Shown piece by piece: positions 11,655 through 21,829 of a DNA stretch of 64,000 bases. Numbering within the stretch: position 1 is the stretch's first letter; the number at the start of each line of letters is the position of its first letter. A program made the position numbers and the translations under genes. This stretch comes from an uncultured Actinomycetota bacterium (GTDB lineage Bacteria; Actinomycetota; Actinomycetes; Propionibacteriales; Nocardioidaceae), in assembly GCA_963728085.1 (NCBI GenBank), contig CAVSIQ010000009.1, forward strand, positions 23,340 to 87,339, written 5' to 3'. The notes below the pieces were generated by a model. That model did no database searches. It was not told where the DNA came from and worked only from the letters and a program-made list of their open reading frames with translations.

Positions 11655-13117
11655 GCGACCCCGACCCGACCACCGAGCCGACCACCGGCCCGACCACCGG
11701 CCCGGAGACAGGCCAGGGCGTCCGCCGTGACGGGCGCCGTGACCCGGCGCGGTCACGACCCGTCGTCGCGCTGGTGCTGGCCGTGCTGCTGCCGCTGGGC
11801 AGCGTCGGCGCCCTGCTCGCCGTCGCGGCCCCGCCGCCCGAGACCGCCGTGGAGCGGGCCCCGCAGGAGAGCCCGCTGACCCGGGCCACCCTGGTCTGCC
11901 CCGGCCTCGACGCGCCGGTGTCCGTCGGCACCACCACGCGTCAGCGGGGCGTGGTGACCCTGCGCGCCGGGGCACGCTCCCGGGCCCTCGAGGTGCGCCC
12001 GCGGCGGCTCGCGTCCAGCGGGCTGGGCGCCGACGGCGCGCGGGCCGTCACCGTGACCGGCCTCGACGACCTGGCGCCCGGTCTGCTGGCCGGCCGGTTC
12101 CCCGCCGGCGGGCGGCCGACCTCCCCGGCCTGCTCGCCGCCGGTGCCGGGCACCTGGTTCACCGGCCTGGGCGCCGGCGCCCGGCACGCCTCGGTGCTCG
12201 CGCTCACCAACCCCGACCGGGGCAGCGCGGTGGTCGACATCGAGGTCCACGGCGAGCGCGGCCCGGTCGAGGTGCCCGCCCTGCGCGGGCTGGCCGTGCC
12301 CGGACGCCGCACCGTGCGGCTGGACCTCGCCGCCATCGTCCCCCGCCGCGACACCCTGAGCGCGCACGTGACCACCTCGCGCGGCCGCGTGGTCACGGCG
12401 GCGCAGGACCGCGTCGGCCTGATCGGCGACGGCCCCCGCGCGGTGGAGTGGCTGCCCGCCCAGGCCGAGCCCGCGACGTCCTCGCTGCTGCTGGGTCTGG
12501 CTCCGGGCCGCGGCGAGCGGAGCCTGGTCCTGACCAACCCCACCGACGACGAGGCCCGCGCCGCGGTGCGGGTCGTGACCCGCCGCTCGACGTTCTCCCC
12601 CCAGGGCGTCGAGGACGTCCTCGTGCCCGCCGGGGCGACCGTGTCGGTGGACCTCTCCGGGGTGCTGGGCCGCCAGGTGCTGCGCACCGCGGTCGGCCTG
12701 CAGGTCGACGCGACGGGCCCGGTCACGGCCGCGGTGCGCACCCTGGTCGACGGTGACCTCGCGCTGCTCGCCGCCACGCCGGCGCTGACCGAGCACGCGA
12801 CCGCCCTCGTGCTGCCGGCCGGTGCCAAGCGGCTGGTGGTGGCGGGCGCGTCCTCGACCGGCTCGGTCACCGCCCTCGCCCGCTCCGAGCGGGGCCGCCG
12901 GCTCGCGCTGCGCCGCGCCGACCTCGGGGCCGGCCGCGCGAGCGTCGTGGCGCTGCCCGCGGCGACGCGGCTGCTCGAGGTCTCGGTGCGCGGCACCACG
13001 GTCGCCGGCTCGGTGCTCGTCACCGCCGGCGGCGCCCGCGGCGGGGCCGCCGTCGTGCCGCTGGTCGACCTCGAGCGCCGCGGGCTCGTCGGCGACGTGC
13101 GGCCCGCCCGCCGCTGA
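11651..13117 (+). CDS. DUF5719 family membrane-anchored protein
   Basis: ATGA overlap with GT2; single TM; TLVCPG, WFTGLGAG, LALTNP..AVVDI repeated twice. Confidence 0.75.
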   Translation: MSDPDPTTEPTTGPTTGPETGQGVRRDGRRDPARSRPVVALVLAVLLPLGSVGALLAVAAPPPETAVERAPQESPLTRATLVCPGLDAPVSVGTTTRQRGVVTLRAGARSRALEVRPRRLASSGLGADGARAVTVTGLDDLAPGLLAGRFPAGGRPTSPACSPPVPGTWFTGLGAGARHASVLALTNPDRGSAVVDIEVHGERGPVEVPALRGLAVPGRRTVRLDLAAIVPRRDTLSAHVTTSRGRVVTAAQDRVGLIGDGPRAVEWLPAQAEPATSSLLLGLAPGRGERSLVLTNPTDDEARAAVRVVTRRSTFSPQGVEDVLVPAGATVSVDLSGVLGRQVLRTAVGLQVDATGPVTAAVRTLVDGDLALLAATPALTEHATALVLPAGAKRLVVAGASSTGSVTALARSERGRRLALRRADLGAGRASVVALPAATRLLEVSVRGTTVAGSVLVTAGGARGGAAVVPLVDLERRGLVGDVRPARR

Positions 13118-13126
13118 GCGGAGGTC

Positions 13127-13597
13127 TCACAGGTCGTCGGAGCCGTAGCGGGGGTCGACCTGCTCCGGGTCGAGGCCCAGCAGCTCGGCGACCTGCTCCA
13201 CGAGCACCGCGTGCACCAGGGCCTCGAGGTCGTCGCGGCCCCGGGCGCGGTGCTCGATGGGACGGCGGAACAGCACCAGGCGGGTCGGCTCGCCCCCGTG
13301 GGCGCGCACCAGCGACGACAGCGGCACCGTGGCCCCGCCACCGACCCGGCCGGGCCCGCCGGTGCCCGCGTCCCAGTCGTCGGGGATCAGCGGGGCGTCC
13401 TCGACGGCGTACTCCACGAGGCCGAGCCGCTCGTGCCAGCGGTCCTCGACCTCCGCGACGAGGGCGAGCACGATCGCGTCGAAGCGCTCGGCCCGCGTCC
13501 GGGTCATCGGACGGCCCGGGACCACGGGCCGCACCCCCGGGCCCCGCATGCCGCGACCGCGACGTTCCCGGGACCGTCCGCGCTGCGCCTCGACCAC
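13127..13597 (-). CDS. Metallopeptidase-family (Zincin_1-like) protein
   Basis: RGRGMRGP, RAERFD, VEYAVEDAP, LVLFRRPIE, LVEQVAELLG..VDP. Confidence 0.8.
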   Translation of the reverse strand: MVEAQRGRSRERRGRGMRGPGVRPVVPGRPMTRTRAERFDAIVLALVAEVEDRWHERLGLVEYAVEDAPLIPDDWDAGTGGPGRVGGGATVPLSSLVRAHGGEPTRLVLFRRPIEHRARGRDDLEALVHAVLVEQVAELLGLDPEQVDPRYGSDDL

Positions 13598-13646
13598 GCC
13601 GCGAGCCTAAACCGGGGGCGGGGAGCCGCCGGGTACGGTCGCCTCC

Positions 13647-14012
13647 GTGAGCCTGGCCAGACGTTGTTCGCGCACGGCGTGCGGTCGTCCCGCCGTCGCG
13701 ACCCTGACCTACGTCTACGCCGACCAGACCGCCGTGCTCGGCCCGCTGGCCACCTACGCCGAGCCCCACGCCTACGACCTGTGCGAGGCCCACGGCCAGC
13801 GGTTGTCGGCCCCCCGCGGCTGGGAGGTGCTGCGCCTGGCGCCCGACCCTCGCGCCCAGGGCCCCTCCGACGACGACCTGCTCGCGCTCGCCGACGCCGT
13901 CCGGGAGGCGGCGCGGCCGCCCGCCCCGGCGCCGCCCGTGGCGCCCGCGTCCGAGCAGGGCACCCGTGAGACCGGTCGCCGCGGCCACCTGCGGATGCTC
14001 AGCAGCGACTGA
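13647..14012 (+). CDS. DUF3499 family protein
   Basis: RCSRTAC..AVATLTYVYADQTAVLGPL..EPHAYDLCEAH..APRGW..DDLLALADAVRE. Confidence 0.88.
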   Translation: MSLARRCSRTACGRPAVATLTYVYADQTAVLGPLATYAEPHAYDLCEAHGQRLSAPRGWEVLRLAPDPRAQGPSDDDLLALADAVREAARPPAPAPPVAPASEQGTRETGRRGHLRMLSSD

Positions 14013-14057
14013 CCCACCGCGACCGGGGCGCCCCCTCGCCGCGGCTAGGGTGGGATC

Positions 14058-15434
14058 ATGGCCTCCCTGGACCCCGACTCGCTGGACGCCGTCTTCAAGG
14101 CCTACGACGTGCGAGGAACCGTGGGTGACCAGGTCGACGAGGACCTCGCCCGCGCGGTGGGTGCCGCCTTCGTCGAGGTCGTCGGCGGCGACCGCGTCGT
14201 GGTCGGCTACGACATGCGGCCCAGCTCCCCGGGTCTGGCCGGCGCGTTCGCCGACGGCGCCAGCCGGGCCGGCGCGGACGTCGTGATGATCGGCCTGGCC
14301 TCCACCGACGAGCTCTACTTCGCCTCCGGGCACCTCGACGTGCCGGGCGCGATGTTCACCGCCAGCCACAACCCGGCGCAGTACAACGGGATCAAGATGT
14401 GCCGCGCCCGGGCCGTGCCCCTGGGCGCCGACACCGGACTGCGCCAGATCCGCGACCTCGTGGCCGCCGGGCCCGTGGCGCCGTCCGGGCGCAGCCCCGG
14501 CTCGATCTCCTCCCACGACGTCCTCGAGGCCTACGCCGCCCACCTGCTCGAGCTGGCCCCGGTGACCGGCCGCCGGCTCTCGGTGGTCGCCGACGCCGGC
14601 AGCGGGATGGCCGGGCACACCGCGCCCGCCGTCTTCGGCCGCCTCGGCGAGGACCGGGTCTCGCTGGTGCCGCTGTACTTCGAGCTCGACGGCACCTTCC
14701 CCCACCACGAGGCCAACCCCATCGAGCCGGAGAACCTGCGAGACCTCCAGGCGCGCGTGCTGGCCGAGGGCGCCGACGTCGGCCTGGCCTTCGACGGCGA
14801 CGCCGACCGCTGCTTCCTCGTCGACGAGCAGGGCCGCGCGGTCTCGCCGTCGGCCGTCACCGCGCTGATCGCGGCCCGCGAGCTGGCCCGCCACCCCGGC
14901 GCGAACGTCATCCACAACCTGATCACCAGCCGCGCCGTGCCCGAGCTGGTCACGGCGCTGGGTGGCACCCCGGTGCGCACGCGGGTGGGGCACTCCTACA
15001 TCAAGGCCACGATGGCCGAGACCGACGCCGTCTTCGGTGGCGAGCACAGCGGGCACTTCTACTTCCGTGACTTCTGGCGCGCCGACTCCGGCATGCTCGC
15101 CGCCCTGCACGTGCTGGCCGCGCTGGCCGCCGACGACCGGCCGCTCTCGGCGATCCTCGCCGAGTACGACCCCTACCCGCTCAGCGGGGAGATCAACTCC
15201 ACCGTCGTCGAGGCCGCGGGCACCACGGCCCGCGTCGAGCGGACGTGGGCCTCGCGCCCGGGCGTGACGATCGACCGGCTGGACGGCCTCAGCGTCAGCC
15301 ACCGGGACTGGGCGTTCAACGTCCGGTCCTCCAACACCGAGCCGCTGCTGCGGCTCAACGTCGAGGGGAAGGACGAGGACACGATGCACGCGGTGCGCGA
15401 CGAGGTGCTCAGCATGATCCGGGGCGAGTCGTGA
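14058..15434 (+). CDS. manB: Phosphomannomutase/phosphoglucomutase
   Basis: FKAYDVRG, FTASHNP, AFDGDADR, GGEHSGHFYF, RSSNTEPLLRLNVE. Confidence 0.93.
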   Translation: MASLDPDSLDAVFKAYDVRGTVGDQVDEDLARAVGAAFVEVVGGDRVVVGYDMRPSSPGLAGAFADGASRAGADVVMIGLASTDELYFASGHLDVPGAMFTASHNPAQYNGIKMCRARAVPLGADTGLRQIRDLVAAGPVAPSGRSPGSISSHDVLEAYAAHLLELAPVTGRRLSVVADAGSGMAGHTAPAVFGRLGEDRVSLVPLYFELDGTFPHHEANPIEPENLRDLQARVLAEGADVGLAFDGDADRCFLVDEQGRAVSPSAVTALIAARELARHPGANVIHNLITSRAVPELVTALGGTPVRTRVGHSYIKATMAETDAVFGGEHSGHFYFRDFWRADSGMLAALHVLAALAADDRPLSAILAEYDPYPLSGEINSTVVEAAGTTARVERTWASRPGVTIDRLDGLSVSHRDWAFNVRSSNTEPLLRLNVEGKDEDTMHAVRDEVLSMIRGES

Positions 15435-15664
15435 GCGGCCCCGCGGGCGCCGGCCAGGACGACGCCGCCAGCGAGCGGCCCGGGGGAGTGGACCCGGCGC
15501 TGCTCGACCTCGTCGTGTGCCCCGACTGCCACGGCGCCCTCGCCGTCCAGGACGCACCGGGCCCCGACGGTCTCGCCCTGGCGTGCCGGTCCTGCGGCCT
15601 GGTCTACCCGGTGCGCGACGGCATCCCGGTGCTGCTCGTCGACGAGGCCCGTCGGCCGGGCTGA
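15431..15664 (+). CDS. Trm112 family protein
   Basis: LLDLVVCPDCHG..C..C..YPVRDGIPVLLVDEAR. Confidence 0.88.
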   Translation: MSGPAGAGQDDAASERPGGVDPALLDLVVCPDCHGALAVQDAPGPDGLALACRSCGLVYPVRDGIPVLLVDEARRPG

Positions 15665-15665
15665 G

Positions 15666-16778
15666 GTGTTCGACGACGCACGGCTCGACGACGAGGCGGT
15701 CCTCGACCTCCTCGACGCCCGTCTGCGCCACCTCGCGGGGTCCGGCGCACGGGTGCGTCGCGACGCGGGCGAGGCGCGCGACGCCGCCCGCACCGTCGAG
15801 GCCGGCACCGGCCCGGACCGACCCCGCGCGGTGGTCGTGGTCGGCCGCGACGCGGCCCTGGTGCGCACCGCCGCCGAGCAGCGGTGCCCCGTCCCGGTCG
15901 TGGCCTGGTCCGCCCCCGGCCTCCCGGGCTGGGCGGGCGGCCTCGACCTCGTCGTCGCCCTCGACCCGGGGAGGCCGGCGCCGACGACTCCGACGCCGGG
16001 ACCGACGACCGCCGACGACGCCCGCCTCGCCGTGGCGGTCGCGGTGGCCGAGGCGGTGCGCCGCGGGGCACGAGTCCTCGCCGCGGCGCCGCAGGCCTCC
16101 CTGGTCGCGCGCCACGCGGTCGGCCGCGACACCCTGGTCCTGCCGTGCGAGAGCGGCGACCCGGTGGCACGCGTGGTGGTCGTCCTGGAGCACCTGCACC
16201 GCCTCGGCCTCGGCCCGCGCGTCGACGCCGACGCGGTGGCCGACGCGCTCGACGACGTCGCCCGCGCCGCGTCGCCGCACCGCGAGACGACCCTCAACCC
16301 GGCCAAGGCGCTCGCGGTGACCCTGGCCGACGCCGCACCCCTGCTCTGGGGGGCGTCCCCGCTGGAGGAGGACGCCGCCCGCCGCGTCGCGGCGAGCCTG
16401 CGCGGCGCCGCGGCGCGCCCCGCCCTGGCCGGCGACGTCGCGACCCTGCTGCCGGTGCTGGCCCGGGCCCGGCCGCGGGACCTGTTCGCGGACCCGGTGC
16501 TCGACGGGTCCGGCGCCCCGCCACCGGTGCTGGTCGTCCTGGGGGAGGACCCCGACCGCCCCGGTGGGCCGCGCGGCCGCGCCGACGACGGCCTCGAGGA
16601 CCCCCCGGGGTCGGCGGCCGGACGGCACCGTCTCGAGCGCGCCGCCCACGAGCGCGGCCTGCGGGTCGAGGTCCTCGGACGTGCGGGGGGCGGCGGGCCG
16701 GTGGCGTGCTGGGCCGTCCAGGGCCTGCTCGGACGCTACGTCGCGGCGTACCTCGCGCTCGGCCTCGTGGAGGACTGA
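15666..16778 (+). CDS. SIS-domain phosphoglucose/phosphomannose isomerase-like protein (TobH-like, divergent)
   Basis: FDDARLDD, RPRAVVVVG, LPGWAGGLDLVV, NPAKALA; follows manB-trm112. Confidence 0.7.
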   Translation: MFDDARLDDEAVLDLLDARLRHLAGSGARVRRDAGEARDAARTVEAGTGPDRPRAVVVVGRDAALVRTAAEQRCPVPVVAWSAPGLPGWAGGLDLVVALDPGRPAPTTPTPGPTTADDARLAVAVAVAEAVRRGARVLAAAPQASLVARHAVGRDTLVLPCESGDPVARVVVVLEHLHRLGLGPRVDADAVADALDDVARAASPHRETTLNPAKALAVTLADAAPLLWGASPLEEDAARRVAASLRGAAARPALAGDVATLLPVLARARPRDLFADPVLDGSGAPPPVLVVLGEDPDRPGGPRGRADDGLEDPPGSAAGRHRLERAAHERGLRVEVLGRAGGGGPVACWAVQGLLGRYVAAYLALGLVED

Positions 16779-16822
16779 GGACCCGCCGCGGGCCGGGTCG
16801 GCCGGGGGCTAGGGTTCCACGC

Positions 16823-17752
16823 ATGGCAGCAGAAGGCGGTACCAAGGCGGTCCTGGCAGCACTGGCCGCGAACCTCGGGATCGCGGTGACCAAGTTCGTC
16901 GCCTTCCTGATGACCGGGTACTCCTCGATGCTCGCCGAGGCGGTCCACTCCCTGGCCGACTCCGGCAACCAGGGCCTGCTGCTGCTCGGCGGCAAGCGTG
17001 CCGAGAAGGACCCCACCGCCGAGCACCCCTTCGGCTACGGCCGCGAGCGCTACGTCTACAGCTTCATCGTGGCCATCGTGCTGTTCTCCCTCGGCGGGCT
17101 GTTCGCCCTCTACGAGGCGTACCACAAGTTCCACGAGATCCAGCTCGGCGAGGCCGAGCTCGGTGACGACTGGCGTCGCTTCGTCCCGCTCGTCGTGCTC
17201 GCCGCCGCGATCGTGATGGAGGCGTTCTCCCTGCGCACCGCGGTCCGGGAGGCGCGCAAGGTCAAGGGCGAGGCCTCGCTGGCCACCTTCGTGCGACGCG
17301 CGAAGTCGCCCGAGCTGCCGGTGATCCTGCTCGAGGACGTCGGCGCGCTGGCCGGGCTGTTCTTCGCCTTCATCGGCGTCGCGCTGATGCTCCTCACCGG
17401 CAACCAGTACTTCGACGTCGCAGGCACCACGCTGATCGGCGTCCTGCTCGTGGTCATCGCCGTGATCCTCGCGATCGAGACCAAGAGCCTGCTGCTCGGC
17501 GAGTCGGCGACGCCGGCCGCGGTCCGGTCCATCCGCGAGGCGCTCGAGGGCACGGAGGGCATCGAGAGCGTCATCCACCTCCGCACCATGCACCTCGGCC
17601 CCGAGGAGCTCCTCGTGGCGGCGAAGATCGGCGTCGTCCCGGGTGCCAGTGCCGAGGACGTCGCCGGTGCGATCGACCGCGCCGAGGCCTCGATCCGCTC
17701 CGCCGAGCCGGTCGCGGAGATCATCTACCTGGAGCCCGACATCCGCCGCTGA
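16823..17752 (+). CDS. Cation diffusion facilitator (CDF) family transporter
   Basis: ALAANLGIAVTKF, MLAEAVHSLADSGNQ, HPFGYGRERY, LLEDVGAL, HLRTMHLGP. Confidence 0.92.
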   Translation: MAAEGGTKAVLAALAANLGIAVTKFVAFLMTGYSSMLAEAVHSLADSGNQGLLLLGGKRAEKDPTAEHPFGYGRERYVYSFIVAIVLFSLGGLFALYEAYHKFHEIQLGEAELGDDWRRFVPLVVLAAAIVMEAFSLRTAVREARKVKGEASLATFVRRAKSPELPVILLEDVGALAGLFFAFIGVALMLLTGNQYFDVAGTTLIGVLLVVIAVILAIETKSLLLGESATPAAVRSIREALEGTEGIESVIHLRTMHLGPEELLVAAKIGVVPGASAEDVAGAIDRAEASIRSAEPVAEIIYLEPDIRR

Positions 17753-17881
17753 GGCGCTCCCGCCGGGGCGGGACAGGGGTGGTCGCGACGATTCTGCGAA
17801 CTCCTGAGGATCGGCCTAACCTCGAACAAGCCGCCTACCCCGTCCCCCTGACGCGTCCGCGCGTCGAGCAGAGGAGCTCCT

Positions 17882-19327
17882 GTGGACTTCAACGTCGCCG
17901 ACCTCTCCCTGGCCGACTACGGCCGGACCGAGATCACCCTCGCCGAGCACGAGATGCCTGGTCTGATGGCCATGCGCGAGCGCTACGGCGCCGAGCAGCC
18001 CCTCAAGGGCGCCCGGATCGCGGGCTCGCTGCACATGACGATCCAGACCGCCGTGCTGATCGAGACCCTCGTGGACCTCGGCGCCGAGGTCCGCTGGGCC
18101 TCCTGCAACATCTTCTCCACCCAGGACCACGCGGCTGCCGCGGTGGTCGTGGGGCGCACCGGAACCCCCGAGCAGCCCGCCGGCGTCCCCGTCTTCGCCT
18201 GGAAGGGCGAGAGCCTGCGCGAGTACTGGGAGTGCACCCAGCAGATCCTCGCCTGGCCCGACGTCGACGGCGAGGCCCGTCACGCCAACATGATCCTCGA
18301 CGACGGCGGCGACGCCACGATGCTGGTCCACCTCGGCGTCGAGGCCGAGAAGTCCGGCGTGGCCCCCGACCCCACCTCGGCGACGTCGGCGGAGCAGAGG
18401 ATCGTCTTCGAGGCGCTCGGGGCCAGCCTGGAGCAGAGCAAGGACCGCTGGACCACCGTGGCGTCCGAGCTGCGCGGGGTCACCGAGGAGACCACCACCG
18501 GGGTGCACCGTCTCTACGAGATGATGCGCGAGGGGTCGCTGCTCTTCCCGGCGATCAACGTCAACGACTCGGTCACGAAGTCCAAGTTCGACAACAAGTA
18601 CGGCTGCCGCCACAGCCTCATCGACGGGATCAACCGCGCCACCGACGTCCTCATCGGCGGCAAGGTCGCGGTCGTGTGCGGCTACGGCGACGTCGGCAAG
18701 GGCAGCGCGGAGTCGCTGCGCGGACAGGGCGCCCGCGTCATCGTCACCGAGATCGACCCGATCTGCGCGCTGCAGGCAGCCATGGACGGCTACCAGGTCA
18801 CCACCCTCGAGGACGTCCTGGACCAGGCCGACATCATCGTCACCGCCACCGGCAACCGCGACGTCGTCACCGTCGAGCAGATGAAGCGGATGAAGCACCA
18901 GGCGATCGTGGCGAACATCGGCCACTTCGACAACGAGATCGACATGGCCGGCCTCGAGGCCGCGGGCGTGGCCGAGCGCACGACGGTCAAGCCCCAGGTC
19001 GACGTGTGGACCTTCCCCGAGCGCGGCACCTCGATCATCGTGCTCTCCGAGGGCCGCCTGATGAACCTGGGCAACGCCACCGGCCACCCCTCGTTCGTGA
19101 TGTCGAACTCCTTCACCAACCAGGTGCTCGCGCAGATCGAGATCTTCACCAAGCCGCAGGACTACCCCGTCGGCGTCTACGTGCTGCCCAAGCACCTCGA
19201 CGAGGAGGTCGCCCGCCTCCACCTCGGCGCCCTCGGCGTGAAGCTGACCGAGCTCAGCACCGAGCAGGCCGGCTACCTCGGCGTCCCGGTCTCCGGGCCG
19301 TACAAGTCCGACGAGTACCGCTACTGA
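17882..19327 (+). CDS. ahcY: Adenosylhomocysteinase
   Basis: [68 protein letters not shown]. Confidence 0.97.
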   Translation: MDFNVADLSLADYGRTEITLAEHEMPGLMAMRERYGAEQPLKGARIAGSLHMTIQTAVLIETLVDLGAEVRWASCNIFSTQDHAAAAVVVGRTGTPEQPAGVPVFAWKGESLREYWECTQQILAWPDVDGEARHANMILDDGGDATMLVHLGVEAEKSGVAPDPTSATSAEQRIVFEALGASLEQSKDRWTTVASELRGVTEETTTGVHRLYEMMREGSLLFPAINVNDSVTKSKFDNKYGCRHSLIDGINRATDVLIGGKVAVVCGYGDVGKGSAESLRGQGARVIVTEIDPICALQAAMDGYQVTTLEDVLDQADIIVTATGNRDVVTVEQMKRMKHQAIVANIGHFDNEIDMAGLEAAGVAERTTVKPQVDVWTFPERGTSIIVLSEGRLMNLGNATGHPSFVMSNSFTNQVLAQIEIFTKPQDYPVGVYVLPKHLDEEVARLHLGALGVKLTELSTEQAGYLGVPVSGPYKSDEYRY

Positions 19328-19382
19328 TCCACCCCCGGCGCCCCGGGCGCCCTCGGCGTCGCGCGACGACCTGCACCGTCCC

Positions 19383-19424
19383 CGGCCCCGGCCGCCTCCA
19401 CAGTCGTGGTGGTGTCCGGGGCCG
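19383..19424 (+). terminator. GC-rich stem-loop after ahcY (possible intrinsic terminator)
   Basis: cggccccgg ... ccggggccg inverted repeat; no U-tract. Confidence 0.35.
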
Positions 19425-19446
19425 TGGTGTGTCCCGGTCAGGCAAG

Positions 19447-20193
19447 ATGGGCACCATGTCCAGCAACCCCCCCGGCGACTCCCCCGATCCCGGCTCCCCC
19501 GAGCCCGGCTCCGCCGGCCGCGGCCGGGTGCTCGTGGTCGACGACGACGCGGCGCTGGCCGAGATGCTCACCATCGTGCTGCGCCAGGAGGGCTTCGAGT
19601 GCCGCATGTGCACCCGCGGCGACCTCGCGATGGCCGAGTTCCGTGACTACCGGCCCGACGTCGTCCTGCTCGACCTGATGCTGCCCGGCCGGGACGGCAT
19701 CGACGTGTGCAAGGAGATCCGCGCCGAGTCCGGCGTGCCGATCGTCATGCTCACCGCCAAGGGCGACACCACCGACGTGGTGGTCGGCCTCGAGTCCGGC
19801 GCCGACGACTACGTCGTGAAGCCGTTCAAGCCCAAGGAGCTCGTCGCCCGGATCCGGGCCCGCGTCCGCCGCGTCGAGGACGCCGCCCCGGAGAACCTGA
19901 GCGTCGGCGACCTCGACATCGACGTCGCCGGCCACCAGGTGAGCCGCGCCGGCCGCACGGTCGGCCTGACCCCGCTCGAGTTCGACCTGCTGGTGTGCCT
20001 GGCCCGCAAGCCGTGGCAGGTCTACACCCGCGAGGTGCTCCTCGAGCAGGTGTGGGGCTACCGCCACGCCGCCGACACCCGGTTGGTCAACGTGCACGTG
20101 CAGCGGCTGCGCTCCAAGGTCGAGCACGACCCCGAGCATCCCGAGATCGTGCTGACCGTGCGCGGGGTGGGCTACAAGGCGGGCGGCGGCTGA
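19447..20193 (+). CDS. mtrA: Two-component response regulator MtrA
   Basis: VLVVDDDAALAEMLTIVL, LDLMLPG, VVGLESGADDY, WGYRHAADTRLVNVHVQRLRSKVE. Confidence 0.95.
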   Translation: MGTMSSNPPGDSPDPGSPEPGSAGRGRVLVVDDDAALAEMLTIVLRQEGFECRMCTRGDLAMAEFRDYRPDVVLLDLMLPGRDGIDVCKEIRAESGVPIVMLTAKGDTTDVVVGLESGADDYVVKPFKPKELVARIRARVRRVEDAAPENLSVGDLDIDVAGHQVSRAGRTVGLTPLEFDLLVCLARKPWQVYTREVLLEQVWGYRHAADTRLVNVHVQRLRSKVEHDPEHPEIVLTVRGVGYKAGGG

Positions 20194-20194
20194 G

Positions 20195-21829
20195 GTGCCC
20201 CCCCGGGCCGGCATCCCCGCGCTCGCGCGGGCGCTGCGACGCTGGCCGACCTTCTGGCGACGCTCCATCCAGGCGCGCGTGGTGCTCAGCACGCTGCTGC
20301 TCTCGGCCCTCGTGGTCGGGGTCGTCGGGTGGGTCCTGATCCAGCAGACCCGTGACGGCCTGCTCGACCACCGCGTCCAGGCGGCCCTGACCGAGGCCGG
20401 GGTCGAGACCCGCGAGGCCGAGGTGCGCCTCGACGCCGCGGGCGGCACCGAGAGCAACTCCACCCGGCAGCAGCGCGACCTCGCCGACCAGATCATCCAG
20501 CGGGGCGAGACCCGGGGCTTCGAGGTGGTCCTCGCCGGCCCGGTGGGCGGCCCGAGCCTGGCCGACGGGGGTGCGGAGTACACCGCCGGGCTCGACCTGG
20601 CCAGCGTCCCCGCGGCGCTGGAGGAGCACTTCTCCGACGTCGCCGAGACCGCGTGGACCTACACCGCGATCGAGCGCCTCGACGACCAGGGCCGCCTGCG
20701 CCGCGAGCCGGGGGTGGTCGTCGGGTCGCAGGTGCGGCTGCCCGCCGACGGCGAGACCTACACCGTCTACTACCTGTTCCCGCTGGCCGAGGAGCAGGAG
20801 ACCCTGGCGCTGCTCTACCGCGCCCTGCTGACCGCCGCGCTGCTGCTGCTGGTCCTGGTCGCGGGGGTCACCCTGCTCGTCGCGCAGCAGGTGGTCACGC
20901 CGGTGCGGATGGCGCGCCGGGTCGCCGAGCGGCTCGCGGCGGGCGAGCTGCAGGAGCGCCTCGAGGTGAGCGGCGAGGACGACCTCGCCCGCCTGGCCAC
21001 CTCGTTCAACCAGATGGCCACCAGCCTGCAGCGCCAGATCGGGCAGCTCGAGGAGCTCAGCCGGGTGCAGCGACGCTTCGTCTCCGACGTCTCCCACGAG
21101 CTGCGGACCCCGCTGACCACCGTGCGGATGGCCGGCGACCTGCTCTACGACGCCCGCGGCGGCTTCGACCCGGCCGCCGCCCGGGCCGCCGAGCTGTTGC
21201 AGACCGAGCTGGACCGCTTCGAGACCCTGCTGGTCGACCTGCTCGAGATCAGCCGGTTCGACGCCGGGGCGGCCGTCCTGGAGGCCGAGGACGTCGACGT
21301 CCGCGACGCCGTGGACCGGGTCGTCGAGGCCAACCGCCGTCTCGCCGAGCAGCGCGGGGTGAGCGTGGTGGTGCACGGCGAGCGGGGGCGCTGCGTCGTC
21401 GAGGCCGACGTACGCCGCCTCGAGCGGATCCTGCGCAACCTCGTCTCCAACGCCGTCGACCACGCCGACGCCTCCGGGCCCGGCGTCGGCGTCGAGATCC
21501 GCGTGGCCTCCGACGCCGAGGGCACCGCGGTCACCGTCCGCGACCACGGCGTCGGCCTCTCGCGCGAGGAGGCCTCGATGGTCTTCCACCGGTTCTGGCG
21601 CGCGGACCCCGCGCGGGCCCGCACCAGCGGCGGCACCGGCCTCGGCCTGTCGATCGCGCTCGAGGACGCGATCCTGCACGGCGGGTGGCTGCAGGCCTGG
21701 GGCCGCCCCGGTGGCGGAGCGCAGTTCCGCCTGACGCTGCCGCGTCGGGTCCGGGGCGCGCTGCGGCACAGCCCGCTGCCGCTGGAGCCCCTCGACGCCG
21801 CCCACCCCCTGGCCGGAGCCCCCTCGTGA
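20195..21829 (+). CDS. mtrB: Sensor histidine kinase MtrB
   Basis: WRRSIQARVV, HAMP, FVSDVSHELRTPLTT, RFWRADPARARTSGGTGLGL. Confidence 0.95.
   Translation: MPPRAGIPALARALRRWPTFWRRSIQARVVLSTLLLSALVVGVVGWVLIQQTRDGLLDHRVQAALTEAGVETREAEVRLDAAGGTESNSTRQQRDLADQIIQRGETRGFEVVLAGPVGGPSLADGGAEYTAGLDLASVPAALEEHFSDVAETAWTYTAIERLDDQGRLRREPGVVVGSQVRLPADGETYTVYYLFPLAEEQETLALLYRALLTAALLLLVLVAGVTLLVAQQVVTPVRMARRVAERLAAGELQERLEVSGEDDLARLATSFNQMATSLQRQIGQLEELSRVQRRFVSDVSHELRTPLTTVRMAGDLLYDARGGFDPAAARAAELLQTELDRFETLLVDLLEISRFDAGAAVLEAEDVDVRDAVDRVVEANRRLAEQRGVSVVVHGERGRCVVEADVRRLERILRNLVSNAVDHADASGPGVGVEIRVASDAEGTAVTVRDHGVGLSREEASMVFHRFWRADPARARTSGGTGLGLSIALEDAILHGGWLQAWGRPGGGAQFRLTLPRRVRGALRHSPLPLEPLDAAHPLAGAPS

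Noticed and set aside
13020-16649. Very long antisense/alternate-frame ORFs (1209 aa here; also 9072-11975, 28671-30905 and others)
   Set aside because: Arg/Gly/Pro-rich shadow ORFs expected from stop-codon scarcity at very high GC. They overlap well-supported genes.
17753-17881. SAH riboswitch upstream of ahcY
   Set aside because: No GAGGAGCGYUGC...AGGCUC core. GAGGAG here is the RBS, and a TAACCT -10 at 17817 leaves only a short leader with one small hairpin. A variant cannot be excluded without a covariance search.
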